A program made the position numbers and the translations under genes. A DNA stretch of 59,670 nucleotides, counting the filler, from Sphacelaria rigidula (Eukaryota): the NCBI GenBank assembly GCA_964200075.2. It is 3 parts of 3 records of this genome, joined end to end, with 100 filler letters (N's around TTAATTAATTAA, not from the genome) between each part and the next. Parts side by side here need not be neighbours in the genome. Positions count along the whole stretch, not along the records: positions 1 to 19,828 come from CAXNAA020000604.1; 2 more parts are not named here. The stretch is one strand, 5' to 3'. A model generated the notes under the pieces. It worked only from the letters and a program-made list of their open reading frames with translations, ran no database searches and had not been told where the DNA came from. Of the stretch, positions 1 through 13,291 are shown piece after piece (position 1 is the stretch's first letter; each line of letters starts with the position of its first letter).

Positions 1-2245
1 AAAGAAAAACGTGTGCCTCTCCGCCGAAGGATCGGGGGCCAACTGCCAAAGAACTTACAGCAGGGCACAAAGGATTGCCCCCCCCCCCCCCCTCCCCCAC
101 CCACCCCTCTCCTCCGCCCTCTTCGGTTTCTGTCATGAGCTTTCGCCTTCAAGAGGGGCTGTGCATCCAAGCCTGTACTTGGTTGGGTTTCGATATAAGT
201 GGTGTCAAAACGCGCTGTTCAGGAGGAAAGCTCCTCTCGACTTCGCATGACTTTTTTGCTGCGACAAAAACGGGTCTTGAACGAGAAAAAATGGTTCCCA
301 GACATAGCTGTACGTTGTTGACTGGGTCATTCCCCGGTTGATGGGAGGCGGGGAAAGGGAAAGGGATCCAGTAGCATTTCAGCCCATACGCAATTGCAGC
401 ATGTCAAACGCCGCTACTGCAGGTGGTGTACGCACGCCAAAACTCCGCATTTTACTGCCATTTCGACACTACGCACGGTAAATGCACCAGGGATCGTTAT
501 TTTCGCCATGTGCGACTATGTCCGCACTGAGAACACTTGTAGACTCTCACCCGGTAGGTCTTCAAAATCCGTAACAACATACACGTACTGCAACACATTT
601 CATGTAATTTGTCACTACGCGACATGCAATTTCAATTTACGTGCAAACAGAGAAAGTGTGATGGATGTCAGGTGGTGTTTTATGAACTATGGAGACTGTT
701 CGTGAGAACTGGAAGCGTGTAATATTTTCGACACTTTTGAAGGTCATCCATCAGAAAAGTCGCGTTGCTTTCCCTCGTACTCATCTATGCTCTGCGCTGA
801 CGCAGCCATGCAATGGCGGATACAGCGTGTGGTACGACGACGTGCAAAGTGTCGCGTAGTACGTCTGAAAATGTGGAGGCGAATACATCCGCTAGAGCTT
901 TGCCCCAGTGGGGTTCCATTAAGCGATTATCGACTTTACACCTGGGTTAAGTGTCGAGAACCATATTCAGATTTTTACAGGGCTCACAGTCCTAAGCGCC
1001 GCCCAGCGTGCGCGAAGCGTGCGCAGCTCGCGTTTTGGTTCAAATCGGGCCAGAGGCGCCGATTTGAGCCAAAATAGAGCACGCATTGCCAACGGGATAG
1101 TATGTACCTTCTTTCAGCGAGGGTTCTCGGTCTGCTTTGGACTGGGGCGAGGATAAGTGTTCGGGTTAGCGTTGTGGTTTGACGGAAACAAAGTACTTCC
1201 TCTGGTCTACTGTACAAGCCCGAATGGGAAAGTCCATTGTATAAGCCCATGTCGAGTACGCATGCTTGGACGGGTGTTTTCGACCATGAGACTAACTAAC
1301 GTTGTGTGTTCCGCATATGGTTGGCATCATGTACTCGAAAAAATCATTTTGGACTCGGGGGTAACAAGATATCGTCCTCGGGGGTGAAAAATCTCGAACC
1401 GGGCTTAACCAGGCTTATACAACGGACTTCTTGCAAGTAGAGCAATAAATAAGCGACAGAACCAGCGCCGACAGCAGCAGAGCCAGCACCGACACCACCA
1501 CCAGAGGTCTGCTTGGCCGACATGGTCAGAGGATGAACTGGAGGCGGTCCGCAGGGTATATCCCCTTCGTCCCCGCGGCTTGCGCTGGGTCCGCTAGCTA
1601 TTGTGGTCGCAAATAGTGCTGTGTTGGTCGGCTCAGCGAAAACGTTGGTTTTGGGCGGTTCTCCAAACGCCTCGAGAACCAAGAAAAATCCCACTTGAAA
1701 CAAATCAACCGGAAGGCGGTCAACCGGTGGATTCGTGTCCTTCGCGGCGACTACCCTCCGCTTACCGTAGGTGTTGGTGCGTCTTTCTTGAGGGTGCTAC
1801 AAAGACATCGGTTTTGGGCTCTGCTCCAGGAGATAACGAAAGCGACAAAACAAAAGGTTCAGAAAAAGTCGCAGGAGAGCACATGATATTCCACTTATCC
1901 TCGAATCGGGCTTATACAGTAGACCAGAGGAAGTATGCTGTAGCGATTGGATCAATGGAGCCGAACTGGGGTGAACTCGCCTCAATAAATGGGTATCCAA
2001 CGGTGTTTCGATGACGCCATTAACAATCATTTTCCTACACTGGAATATGACATCCTATGATACTGGCATTGCTGCGCGATTCATGGCGCTTTGGGGTCCG
2101 CTGAACAAGGGTGGGCAGAAGAGAACGTGCAAACAGCAAATGTTGAGGTCCCTTCAACGTCGAATTGTAAGCAGACGGAACTGATAGTCCTGGGCTGTCT
2201 GCACTGCACGTTGCCCGCTTCTCTGGAAAATCTCACTGTACGAAA

Positions 2246-2450
2246 CACGCACACACGCACTCGAGACACACTGCTTGCAAGAAGTGCAGACAGTATAGAC
2301 TGTCTGTACTGTACACGAGTGACCATGTACCGTTTCACGAATTTCACCGTCTTTTTTCGGTCGAAAGCTTGAAATTTCGACTGGGCCCAGCTCGACAACA
2401 ATGTGCGATTTTCGCTCAAATCAATTCCGCCGCCACATTTTCTCGATATA
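2246..2450 (+). repeat. Dispersed repeat, with an inverted copy at 59453-59630
   Basis: cacgcacacacgcactc...gaccatgtaccgtttcacgaatttcaccgtctttttt...tcaattcc matches the reverse complement of 59453-59630. Confidence 0.75.
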
Positions 2451-2517
2451 TGTTTTGTCGCCAAGACACGCTCTGAAACGCCTCTCCGCACTGCCGGATC
2501 ACAGTTTTGAATTCGGC

Positions 2518-4297
2518 ATAGAGGGTAAGGCAGGTACCCGGTACTGATATTTGGGACATCTCGTACCCCTACCGACAAGGGTAGGTCGAGTAGAGTATGT
2601 ACTTTTGAGTACTCGAGTAAAATGCTCAAGTATTAACTCTACTCGACGTTTGAGTAGGTCGAGTACGGCCTCAAATACTCTACTCAAATATTGAGTAGGT
2701 CGAGTACAGCCTCAAATACTCTACTCGAATTTTTGAGTAAGCACTCTCAGTTATACTCGAGTATAGAGTATCACTTGAGTATGGCCTCAATACTCTACTC
2801 AAATTTTGAGTAGGTCGAGTACGACCTCAAACACTCTACTCAAATTTTGAGTAGGTTAAGTATGGTCTCAAATACTCCACTCAAATTTTGAGTAGGTTGA
2901 GTATGGTTTCAAATACTCTACTCAAATTTTGAGTAGATCGAGTACGACTTTAAATGCTCTACTCAAATATTGAGTAAGCACTCTCAGAAAAACTTGAGTA
3001 TAGAGTATCCCTCGCGTATGGCGAGTACGCCTGACAGTCGGCGACTTCGTGACGTTACTTCACAGACTATGTTGAATGCAGGGGCGAACGATGGCCATCA
3101 ATTAGATGGGCAGCGTTACATCACAGCCAACAAGAAGTGTGAGCGGATGATGGCCATACAAAAATTAAAAAACGTGCATGTGAGAACGAACCTTCCTGCC
3201 CCAGCGCCCCATCTCACCAGCCCCCACCCACGGCAGTTCATACTCGATACCTCGCAACGCCTTCGATATCACTTGCAGTACAGAACGCTACTCATCATCA
3301 TCGAGTAATCGAATGGACGAGTAGTCGAGTAGGCGTTATCAAAACGAGCACCTCTACTGGCCACATACGTGACTCCTCCATGGGAGAGTCAGCGGTGGAA
3401 ACAGTGCAAGACGGGGGAACACTGCAACAGTCCCCAGAGGAAGGAAGACGTTGGAGTCAAAGGTTTTCGGTACATCGGGCCCGGCCTCAGATACTCTACT
3501 CAAATTTTGAGTATGTTGAGTACGGCCTCAAATACTCTACTCGAATTTTGAGTACGTTGAGTACGGCCTCAAATACTCTACTCAAATCTGCAGTAAATCG
3601 AGTACGACCTGAAATACTCCAATCAAATTTCGAGTACATTGAGTACGGCCTCCAATACTGTACTCAATTTTTGAGTAGATCTAGTACGACCTCAAATACT
3701 CTACACAAATTTTGAGTAAGCACTCTCAGTAATACTCGAGTATGGAGTATCACTTGAGTATGACCTCAATACTCTACTCAAATTTCGAGTAGGTTGAATA
3801 TAATCTCAAATACTCTACTCGAAAAATTGAGTAGTTTGAGTACGACCTCAAATACTCTACTCAAACTTCGAGTACTAGAAGTATGACTCTTCAAAAATAC
3901 CAAGTATTGAGTATACTCTAAGCGACCTACTCTTGCCTACCGATACCGAGCCAATCGGGTATTTTCAGAACTTATACCTACGATACCCACGATACCACGG
4001 TATTTCGAGATACCAGTACCTACCGTACCGGTCCAATTGGGTATTTTCAAATGTCGTACCTACGATACCTACAATACCACGGTATTTCGAGATACCAATA
4101 CCTACCGTACCCGCTCAATCAGGTATTTTCAAAAGTCATACTTACGATACGTACGTTACCACGGTATTTCGATATTTCAATACCTACCGTACCCGCTCAA
4201 TCAGGTATTTTCAAAACTCATACCTACCCACGCATACCAAGGTAAACGATACCCCGGTAAATACCGGGGGTACGCTCGGTACGATACCTTACCTACG
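2518..4297. mobile_element. Older GTACC-rich repeat element (host of the hAT insertion) with 82-bp tandem units
   Basis: Sequence on both sides of the hAT shares tacc/ggta motifs. 82-bp units start at ~3957, 4039, 4121 and 4203. Only short inverted ends are seen (ggtaagg...ccttacc), so boundaries are approximate. Confidence 0.55.
2576..3935. mobile_element. Non-autonomous hAT-type element with 41-bp hairpin tandem arrays
   Basis: TIRs CAAGGGTAGGTCGAGTAGAGTAT / ATACTCTAAGCGACCTACTCTTG with a perfect 8-bp TSD CCTACCGA (2568-2575, 3936-3943). Arrays of tactctactcaaattttgagtaggtcgagtacgacctcaaa lie at ~2590-3010 and ~3480-3930. Confidence 0.85.
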
Positions 4298-5163
4298 GTT
4301 CCTGTGCACCTGCACACGAGCTGACAACAATAGGAGGATAGAAGCTGCTGCTCGTTTCATTATTTTGCCCCGCTTGTTGCAGTATGGTGTGCCTATCTTT
4401 CAACGCAGTTTTCTCGGCAACGAAGCAGAGGATTGGACGGCGGTTTGATGTGTGTGCTTCCCACACACCAGAACTAGTCAGTGTGGCGGTGGAATTCCGT
4501 AACGCGTGCCGCAGAGGCCGCAGCACTTAGCAAACCGCTGCACCAAACACAAAATGTACTCAAAAACGCGTTTCCTTCAACGTTCTGGGGCTTTGGGGGT
4601 CCGGATCCGCTGTGGCGAATTGAGCAACTCCGCCGCTACAGTGTGTGTGCGGGGGACTGTCAAGTGCCGTAGGCCGGTTTGCTTCCTGTCTCGAGAAAAA
4701 CGGAATGAAAAATTACAGCTGTCGCATACTAATCCTAGGCAACTTGGGATGGAGCGTGTGTTCTGTTCGGCAGAGGTTCAGCACAGGGCACACGTCCGAC
4801 CACTCCATGCCGTCTTCATTATTCTTCCTTATTTTTCCGCGTTTTTTTGTTGTTTTTCGCCCACGGATTTCTGGTTGCTAGGGCCTTCATTCACGGGCAA
4901 GCAGCAATAGTGTAGTAATCCTCCAATTGGATTTACTTCACCCATCCTGCCGCGGCACCGGGATAATAAACCCACTAGCAAGGGCAATGAGAATGAGCGG
5001 GATAACATGGCACTATTGTACTAGCACCGGACGTCGAGTCATGCTGTGCGTTTGTCCGACCAGTTGAAAGTTACATCATGAAGGCAGTGCAACGGTTCGT
5101 TCATTCGAGGATGAGATGCGCCGCATGGGAACGTCAACGTACGTGGAGGGCGAAGTCCAGAAC

Positions 5164-6585
5164 TAGGGTTGCATATCAACTATTATATCACGGTTGATTT
5201 TGATTTAAACGTTGATTTGATTTAAATCAACAATCACATCAACGCGTCGCTGATTAGTTGATTTAAATCAGCTGATCAACTTAAATCAATCAGGTCAAAA
5301 TAACTTGATTTAATCATGCTTAGTTGTTTTTTTCTAGGAAGAAAAGAGGCGTTTGCGTCGTGTAACGTTCTTTTTTGTCTGCGGCGCTACCATCAATGTA
5401 CGGACATGTCTACTCATCGACTCTACTCCCGAAAAGACGCTAGCAACGACAAACACATAGCAGCACACAGCAGCACACAGCACACAGCATACCACACGCC
5501 ACGTAGCACCGCACTCTAGTAGCATACTGAGGGTCACACGGATTTTGACACAATGAGGGGCCCGGGCAAGGGCAAATCATGTGCTGGAGGCGATAAGGAC
5601 ACCCCGGAGAGCCCTCTCCAGCGCCAGGGCAACCCCAATTTCGGGCTAAAAACGTCCCCTTATAGCCCCGATATCGAGGCAAAACGCACATACGCTTTGG
5701 GGGTACGGAAGACGGGCAACCCCCAAAAATAGTTTTGAGGAGGTCGGGGGGCATGAGGTCGTCCATGCGAAATTCATTGATCATGGCTTTAGGTCAGGGA
5801 AAGCACTGTTTTCGAGTTGAACCTCATATTTACCAATGTTTTCGTGAGGTTGAGAGTAGAAGGTCCGATTGAGAGTGAAAAGCAGTCAATTAGTGAATTA
5901 TTCGTTTCAGTTCCGACTTGCCCCTTCACGAGGCCCGATATGCTTTCTGTAGTAGCTTGACACTGAGGCCCCCGACATCCCTGATTAGGATATCGACGTG
6001 TAGCTGTAAGCACATATGCCAGTGATGGAGGCCGAGAGAATCACACTCGGGATGAATAATTGGCTACTTTAAGTTGAAGCCATTGATCAATCCACTCTCG
6101 ATCAGCGCTCTACTCTCAATCTCACGAAAAGGTTGTTATGTACGGAGTCATGTAGAATATGAGCTGCTAATAGTCAACAAGGAGTTTCATCTACACGCGA
6201 GTGCAATCTGGTTACTACTGTACCTACGTTTTTTGTTTTTTTGTTTGCGAGACAGGTTTGAGGCGTAAATGTTTCATATTTGGGAGCGCTTCGAAGAAAT
6301 ACAGCGGGATGTGCAGAAAGACGGAGGCAGGTTGAGCTGAAATATTGAACACAAGACTGCTGTGCTGCTGCTGTGGGCTTGCGTATGCGTGCTCGTGTGC
6401 TCTGCATTGTTGCACGACAAAATTGAGCCGACTTCCCGCTTGTGTGCTGCTTCAATTCTACCTGAAAAAATCAACTAATCAAGTTGATTTAATTGACGTG
6501 CTGTAATCATGATTAAATCAAGCCGATTTGGAAAAAAAAATCAAGTATCAAATCAACCCCTAAAAATAGTTGATATACAACCCTA
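5164..6585. mobile_element. Non-autonomous hAT-type element
   Basis: TIRs TAGGGTTGCATATCAACTATT / AATAGTTGATATACAACCCTA with a perfect 8-bp TSD TCCAGAAC (5156-5163, 6586-6593). Subterminal TTGATTT/AAATCAA motif clusters occur at both ends. Confidence 0.9.
5832..6137 (-). mobile_element. ~300-bp MITE (AACA...TGTT family), copy 1, nested in the hAT
   Basis: TIR caatgttttcgtgaggttgagagtaga / tctactctcaatctcacgaaaaggttgtt. Homologous in inverted orientation to 49133-49438 and 58899-59197. Flanks are attt/atgt. Confidence 0.8.
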
Positions 6586-6734
6586 TCCAGAACCTTTTTT
6601 GGACACCTATTCATGTGTGGCGCAAAAACACGACCTTGATTCAACACCACCATAGCTCTTAACAATATACAAAATCGAAGAGACAGCCCACTATGGCGTG
6701 CTACAGCAGTGCAGGCAAAAAGACCCAAGCATAC

Positions 6735-6900
6735 CAGCCGGTTCCATCCCTGACGAATCAACACCCATGGCCTGCAGAGCTCTTTCTAGATCAGCGTCAA
6801 TTGGTGGAGTTTTGCTGGACACAGCGTCATCCGTGGCAATGTCCAGCACGGCTGCACCTGGCATCATAGCATTGCCTGATGAGCTTCCACTGTTGCCCAT
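6735..6900 (-). CDS. Possible orphan first exon starting MGNSGSSSG (N-myristoylation-like start)
   Basis: ATG at 6900 opens 55 codons of protein-like composition ending at a G|gtatgc donor. No downstream exon was identified. Confidence 0.25.
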
Positions 6901-7839
6901 ATTCGAATATTTGCTTTCAAAGCGGGGGGGCGTCGTTGAGAAGTGATGAGCTACGGCCATGACAGTTATGTTCTGTTAGTGTCACTTATTTTACCACCCC
7001 CTGAACATCGAAGGGCAGTTTACTTCATGGATTGAATTAAGGAACCAACCACGTATCTATCGATACCAAGTTGTCGAAATTCTCTGATTATATATCTATG
7101 AACACGTTTCACTCATGTTTGTCCACCACAGTGCACGAACGGATGGTGGATGCGACGATGACTGCTGAGAGGAGGCGCCGTTCACATTTTTTGTCCTCTC
7201 CCATTCTCATGGACTATGACTCAGACCCGCGGTCAAAAAGAGAACATTCTGAGACAACCACGTATGCATGCGAACATCACTCCTCTCGTGGAGGGTGTGT
7301 CACTGCAGAGGCGAACTATTTATCGTAATCTCTCATGCTAAAGTGATGCGCCATCAATATAGTATATCATCTATCATTTCGACCATCGTCTTGTGAACGC
7401 GATCGAGCAAGATCAAGACAGCTCACGGTGCCAAAATGCGCTTGCAATGTCGTCACAAGCCGCATCACAGAGGTCGCTCCACCCAAGACCATGCAATTAT
7501 TGAAGTAAATGCGCGCCAAGTGCGCACGTGCGAACATACCAACGTTTGTAACTATCCGGTGAAAACTCTAACATTGTGTGAACCATACGGCACATTTCGA
7601 GTCGTCGGGATTCAGAGTTCGTTCGCATCGCTGGGTCAAGATATTCGTACTCGCCCGTGATGCCGGCATCTGAGCATTTCAAGGACTAGTATTAACAATT
7701 ATATTAGTGCTGTAACATCGCGACCTGTAATATCGCGACCGGGGGAAACGCTTCCATGCAAGGCCAGTTCCTATGTTGACAAACGAAACAAAGCATGAAT
7801 TTCGTTATGTGCGGACTGCTGCCTCAAGAGGTAGTGTTT

Positions 7840-10560
7840 GTTTTCTGGACGCCGTACTCTATTCCGACCGAATTGACGTTGATTTCGTCGGAGTTGCACT
7901 GATCGACAACCACCGTTGACTCAACTCTGTAAACGTCACAGATGCGCCTGCTTATGGGGATCTTACCCACTCAAATCCAGGCAAGTGGTTGTACCACGTA
8001 GTAGTGAAAGTGCTCAGTCGAGGACTGTAGTGTCGTTCTGGTCGTTCACGTTCCGTGGGGTTAGCACTACTTACTACCTGATTTTTGTTATGTACCGCCC
8101 ACTCCTCAGCACATAGGGCGCGCGTGTTCTGAGAACGCTGGCGACCGCAAGTGGGTGACCCCTTGGCCGCGAGGGTAGTCCATCTTGATCATGTGTATTT
8201 TTTCAAGTGAACTGAAGCTGTTGGTTCAACAGATAATCCATGTTCGACGTCAAAGCATCAAGCTATCACTTCGATCCGGATATTGAACGGCAACGAGCAC
8301 CTCACGTGTTTTTTCCACCTCTCGCGAGCCCCACGCCAACCGATTCAGCGTGAACTCTCGATGGTGTGGGACCGTTCGAGGTCACTCGACCCAACCCATC
8401 AACTGGGTTTGCGTACATCATGTCAGCAAGAAATCGGCATACTATTGCCCAACTACGTGATGCTCAACATGGGATATTCTCCTTCCGGACACCCTCTATG
8501 GCCTAAATTGACGTTGTTGCTCATTCGCAGTTGCATCGATCGATATCGATCAGCTCAACCAACGCGTACGCCGAGTCGAATACCCGAATTCCTCCTTGTG
8601 GGCGGCTTATCTCGACCGATTCGACGTCGAGGTGCGCCGATCGATAGTACTTAACTCAATGCATCTATCGATTCGGTCAGGACACCCCACTCATGTCAAC
8701 AAGCAAGTCGTATGCCTCGGCTAAATAGATCAGCCCGTCCCTCCCGTTTGCGACCTTCTGTTGAGCATAGTACTGACTGTTCAGTGCGGTGATGTGGTGA
8801 CAATAGGCACATCGTGCATACGTACGTGATAAACTACGGTGAAAAGTCACAACCACAGAGGCGTTTGGTGACAGTCGCCGGCAACTCCTAAGATCCGGCC
8901 GGATCACGTCAATACCCAATATTTTCTTTTTCCCCTAGGATCCCCAACATTCGGTGATCAGAATTTAAATTTGTACAGCGTGTAGCAGTTGTCAACAGCT
9001 ACCAGCCGATGGAGGAATGGAATTATGTCTTGGGAGATTGGTGTAGATGCGAAGAGTTGAATTCTCCAGGTTTTCATCCTCAATGATAAGCTCCATCCTC
9101 AAAATGGGTTATCGGCTGTTTACACTGAACAAAGGGCAAAAGAAATAACGCAAGGCAAATGAAATACATGTTCGTAGCTCACAGATCAAATCCAGGACGG
9201 ATTCCATGGGAGTTGCACCAATTGATAGCGCTCGCCTTCATGGATGACTATGGTTCGGACACCCCTCGTCGACAAGTAATAGGGATGCCTCCGCTCAAAT
9301 AATACTCGAATTTCAATGTGTCAATTTGATACTTCGAACGCCTTATCAACCAAATGAGAGTATTTTCTTTATCGGAGTGGCTTCGATCGATATCGCCCGA
9401 CTCGATGTATTGCTATTGGTCCGGGCAACCAACGGCGACGAGTATTTCATACGCTTGGACTCAATGAATATGTGAGTTTCAATATATAATTCTATCGTCA
9501 GGACGACCAATCTTGGCCAAATCGACGTTGATTTTGGTCGGAGCTTGCACCGATCGATAGCTGTCAACTCTATCAATCACTATGGCCCAGAAAGTCATGG
9601 TAACAGGCCAATCTAATACTCCGGCTCAATTAAGATACGAAGCCCAATGCGAACATTTGACCTCTTGGACGCCCTATTCCGACCGAATCGACATCGATCC
9701 TCGATCGGAATTGCACCGACCGATAGCTCTTGACTAAATCTGTCATTTTGCTCTGGCCAGGCAGTGTCAACGAGGAATTTACAAGCTTCTGTTGATCTAC
9801 TATGTGATGCCTTGCATACAAAATTCTCCTTTTGGACGCTCCATCTCGATCGAAATGACGTCGTTTTTTTTTTATCAGAGTTGCATAGATCTAACGCACT
9901 CGACTCAATTTACCGCTATGATTCAGGCATCCCATGTGTCCAATCAATTTGCACAGTTCGGCTAAGATCATATACTATCTTCAAAATGCCATTCTCTCCT
10001 TATGGACCCCAACCACGCCCTAATCGACGTCGGCGATTGCAGTTGCACCGGTCGGAAACTCTCGAATGAATGCACTTTTGGTTGGGACACCCCATGTCAA
10101 CAAGCACTTCGCATGCCTCGGCTCAAGTAATACACAAAGTCCAGAGTGCGAGTTTAACCTTCCGGGCGCCCTGTATCGACCAAATGGGAGTCGATTCTCG
10201 ATCTGAGTCGCACCGGTCCATAGAATTCGACTCAATAAATCGCTCGGGTTCGGACACGAAACAAGCACTTCGCATGCTTGGCGTGTAAGTTTTATCGTCC
10301 AAAACTCTAATCTCGCACAAATCGACGTTTACTCTATATCGGAGTTGCACCCGTAGAGAGTAGTCACCCCGGTTGTTTATTATGGCCTAGGCAGTCCATG
10401 ATAACGAGCAATTTGCATTGTCCGATTTAACTAATAATGTACGAAGTGCAACGTGAGAGTTCAACCTCCCGGGGGGGCTATCTCGACCGAAGCTACATGA
10501 AGTCTCGATCGGAGTTGTCACGAATCGATAGCTCTCGACATTGTGGGTCATTACGGCCCC
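7840..10560 (+). repeat. Degenerate tandem array, ~165-bp period
   Basis: A motif like ggacgccctattccgaccgaatcgacg...ggagttgcaccgatcgatagctctcgactcaat recurs near 7894, 8531, 8632, 9213, 9545, 9711, 9881, 10043, 10207, 10345 and 10515. Confidence 0.7.
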
Positions 10561-12289
10561 AACGCTCGGCAACAACAAGCGATCTCACACGCGTCAGCTC
10601 GACTATTGTGCGAATTCGAATATGAGCGCCAAATAGTGCCATGGGTACTCGTGGGCCTGCTTACAGGCACAAGCTGATTTTCATCGGGCACCCGCTGGTC
10701 TTCACCGATTTCCCCGGGTACCCACGAGTACCTCACCGGCAGCAATGAGTCGTCACGAAATCATATAAGACATTTCTGCGGTCCGAACCGCTCTAAGTGC
10801 TTAGGCAGTTTAATTGAACCTCTCTGAAGCTCTCGAGCTACACAGTGTATGGCAGCTTACAGTTTTACACTCATACGTATACTACAGCAGTAACCGTCAT
10901 AATACCCTGTGTGTACAGTACAATATTCAACTTCAAGGGCCTCACAGTAAGCTCCATCTGCGATGTTAAAAACAAGATAATCGAAGACGTAAAATGGCCG
11001 ATAGGACAACACTCGGAGGTGAACCTGCGATCTTGTTTGAACCAGGCGTGAAATTTTTGCGGAGTACTCTCGTACTAATTTACAATAGGTATACACCGAA
11101 CGACGGAACGAAAGAAAGGCTTCATGTTCTTTTGTTGCAGACTTCAGCCAGGGGCCGACCATCGAAGAAACTGTAACAAAAATATGCACTCTAGGCGTCC
11201 GCAAACGCATGAATGGTTCCAAGATATGGACAGGGTTGTGCAAAAACAGAGACGATCGCAGAACGTTTGCTGTGCCGTTCGCCCCGCGTGGCCTCCCCTG
11301 TCCAAGTTCCGAGCACGTCCAGCCAGCTACTTCCGTAAAGGTGAAATCTGCTGAAACATTTTACACGACCGACGCGTCGTCGAATATTTCGTGGATCCAA
11401 ATGCAAATGCTACACTCTAATCGCAACCCTAAGTGAAACAACCGACGACTATTAGACGAAGAGCTCGCGTTTACCCTTGCAAAATCTGCCTGTCCCTCCC
11501 AAATCCCCAGACGTCAATCGCCATGAGGCCAAGTCTCAAGCCTCAGCCCACACTCAACTGGGAAGCGATTTCGTGTAACTTGTCTCCTCTCAGTTTTGAA
11601 TCATATATACATATACACAAATGGTATTTCCCGTCACTACGGGCTTCTACGAAACAAGAAACAGCACTCAGGGTAGCATTAGCGTACCCCACACAGCGTG
11701 CACCTTCTAGGGCGGAGCGCTCTGATCAATTTTCTCGTAGTAAAATTCAAGTATGACATGAAACGTGCGCATATGACCGGAACTTCACATCCGCAAAATA
11801 CATTATCTTCTCCCAGCCCACAATGGCTGCTCCGCGGCTCTCTCCGAAAATTCGAAAGGTAAATCCAAAATAACTTACTCAAATAAGGCAATGCTTCTCC
11901 ATGTTACACACTCACATGAACTGATGGATTGTCTGCATAATATCCTTACACTGTTTTAGCAGCACCACGGCCCGTTGATTGTTGCAACTACTCTCAATAC
12001 TGCAAAGAGTCAATCAGCTATACGTTTCGTGGGTAATTTTCCTTCATTTACCTTAAACCTTCATCGGCTGTCCTGTACAAGCGCTGATTTGGGATTCAAA
12101 CAATGTATCGCCCCGGACAACACGATCGAGCTACCCTTTCGTAGTCTTCTACGGGCTAGGACATGCATATCATCCACGAGAAGACATTCAGCACCTCCTC
12201 CTGCATTCGCACCGTTGTCTCGGAACCAAGACAATGGTTCTTTACATCCCCCCCCCCATTGTGATGTCCGCATTCTGTAAGCTCGCGCT

Positions 12290-12328
12290 GTATATATATA
12301 TATATATATAATATATATATATATATGT
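12290..12328. repeat. (TA)n microsatellite
   Basis: Direct observation; similar runs at ~18600-18620 and ~18978-19004. Confidence 0.9.
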
Positions 12329-13291
12329 ATCAATTGTCCACGAAATCTTGACATGCCTGTCTCGGTTACTCCTCTTCACACCCCACCAACCTCTTCGAAA
12401 CGCTTACGGTTGGGGAGGAGGGGGGATTCGGACAACGCATCAACGCCAACTGATCATAGCTCCACCACCGTGAGGGAGAAGTAATGTTGAATGCTCCCGC
12501 TCGCTATAGCGCGAGAGATTGTGGCCTTCCGCGTTCGCTCCTGGCCTGCGCGATCTCAATCATGTGCTGCAGGGATCTGTCACCTTCTGCGCCGACTCGC
12601 ACTCCCTCCAACCCTGATGTTGGTGAACAGAACCGGCGCGGTGGAGGAGCCATGGTCAGGGGCAATGCGCTCATTCCAATTCCACTCAAGGCTCGAAGTG
12701 ATGGAGTCATCGTATACTCTGTAGAAACATTATCACCTTATTGCGCACTATGTCTAGCACCATATGAACCGGAGAAAAGTGCACGATACCGATGTCAGGG
12801 TATTGACTAAACGTTACACTCCTTGCTCCATGCCCCCGAGTCCAAGCGTGGTAATTTTGATGCCATGCTTAAGGAGGAGACCCCTTTTTCCCCTGCCGGA
12901 CGGAGGTAACCCAACCCAACACTTACCTCGCAAGCGAGTTCGTGTCCCGCTTACCCAAAGGCTCGGCTAATGCTCTTAGAGAGATGCAGGCCTCCGACCG
13001 AATATTTTTTGCAGTGATTAGTTGCCGATATCGTGTTCACCAGAAGCTACTGGGATGGGTGCTAGTTCAACTTAACCGTCATGAAATGGAAGTACGAGAG
13101 TACCTGCATGGTGATCAATTATTGGGTATGGCTCACACGATATCATGTATGGACGGTAGATGTAGAGCATGTATGTTTGACACGATGCCGTTGCGGGATG
13201 TTTTAATCCACGGACTTTTTCTCACTTGCACACGCATACCGATTCCATGGCAAAGGCTCGCCAAGGATCCATCGGCACAGCTATGAAATAA

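Noticed and set aside
2590..3930. CRISPR-like array of palindromic repeats
   Set aside because: Units are contiguous with no unique spacers, no cas genes are present, and the array sits inside TIRs with an 8-bp TSD in eukaryotic DNA.
3933..4448. 171-aa repetitive Tyr/Pro-rich ORF
   Set aside because: It is a by-product of the 82-bp tandem units; all three frames are open and there is no domain signal.
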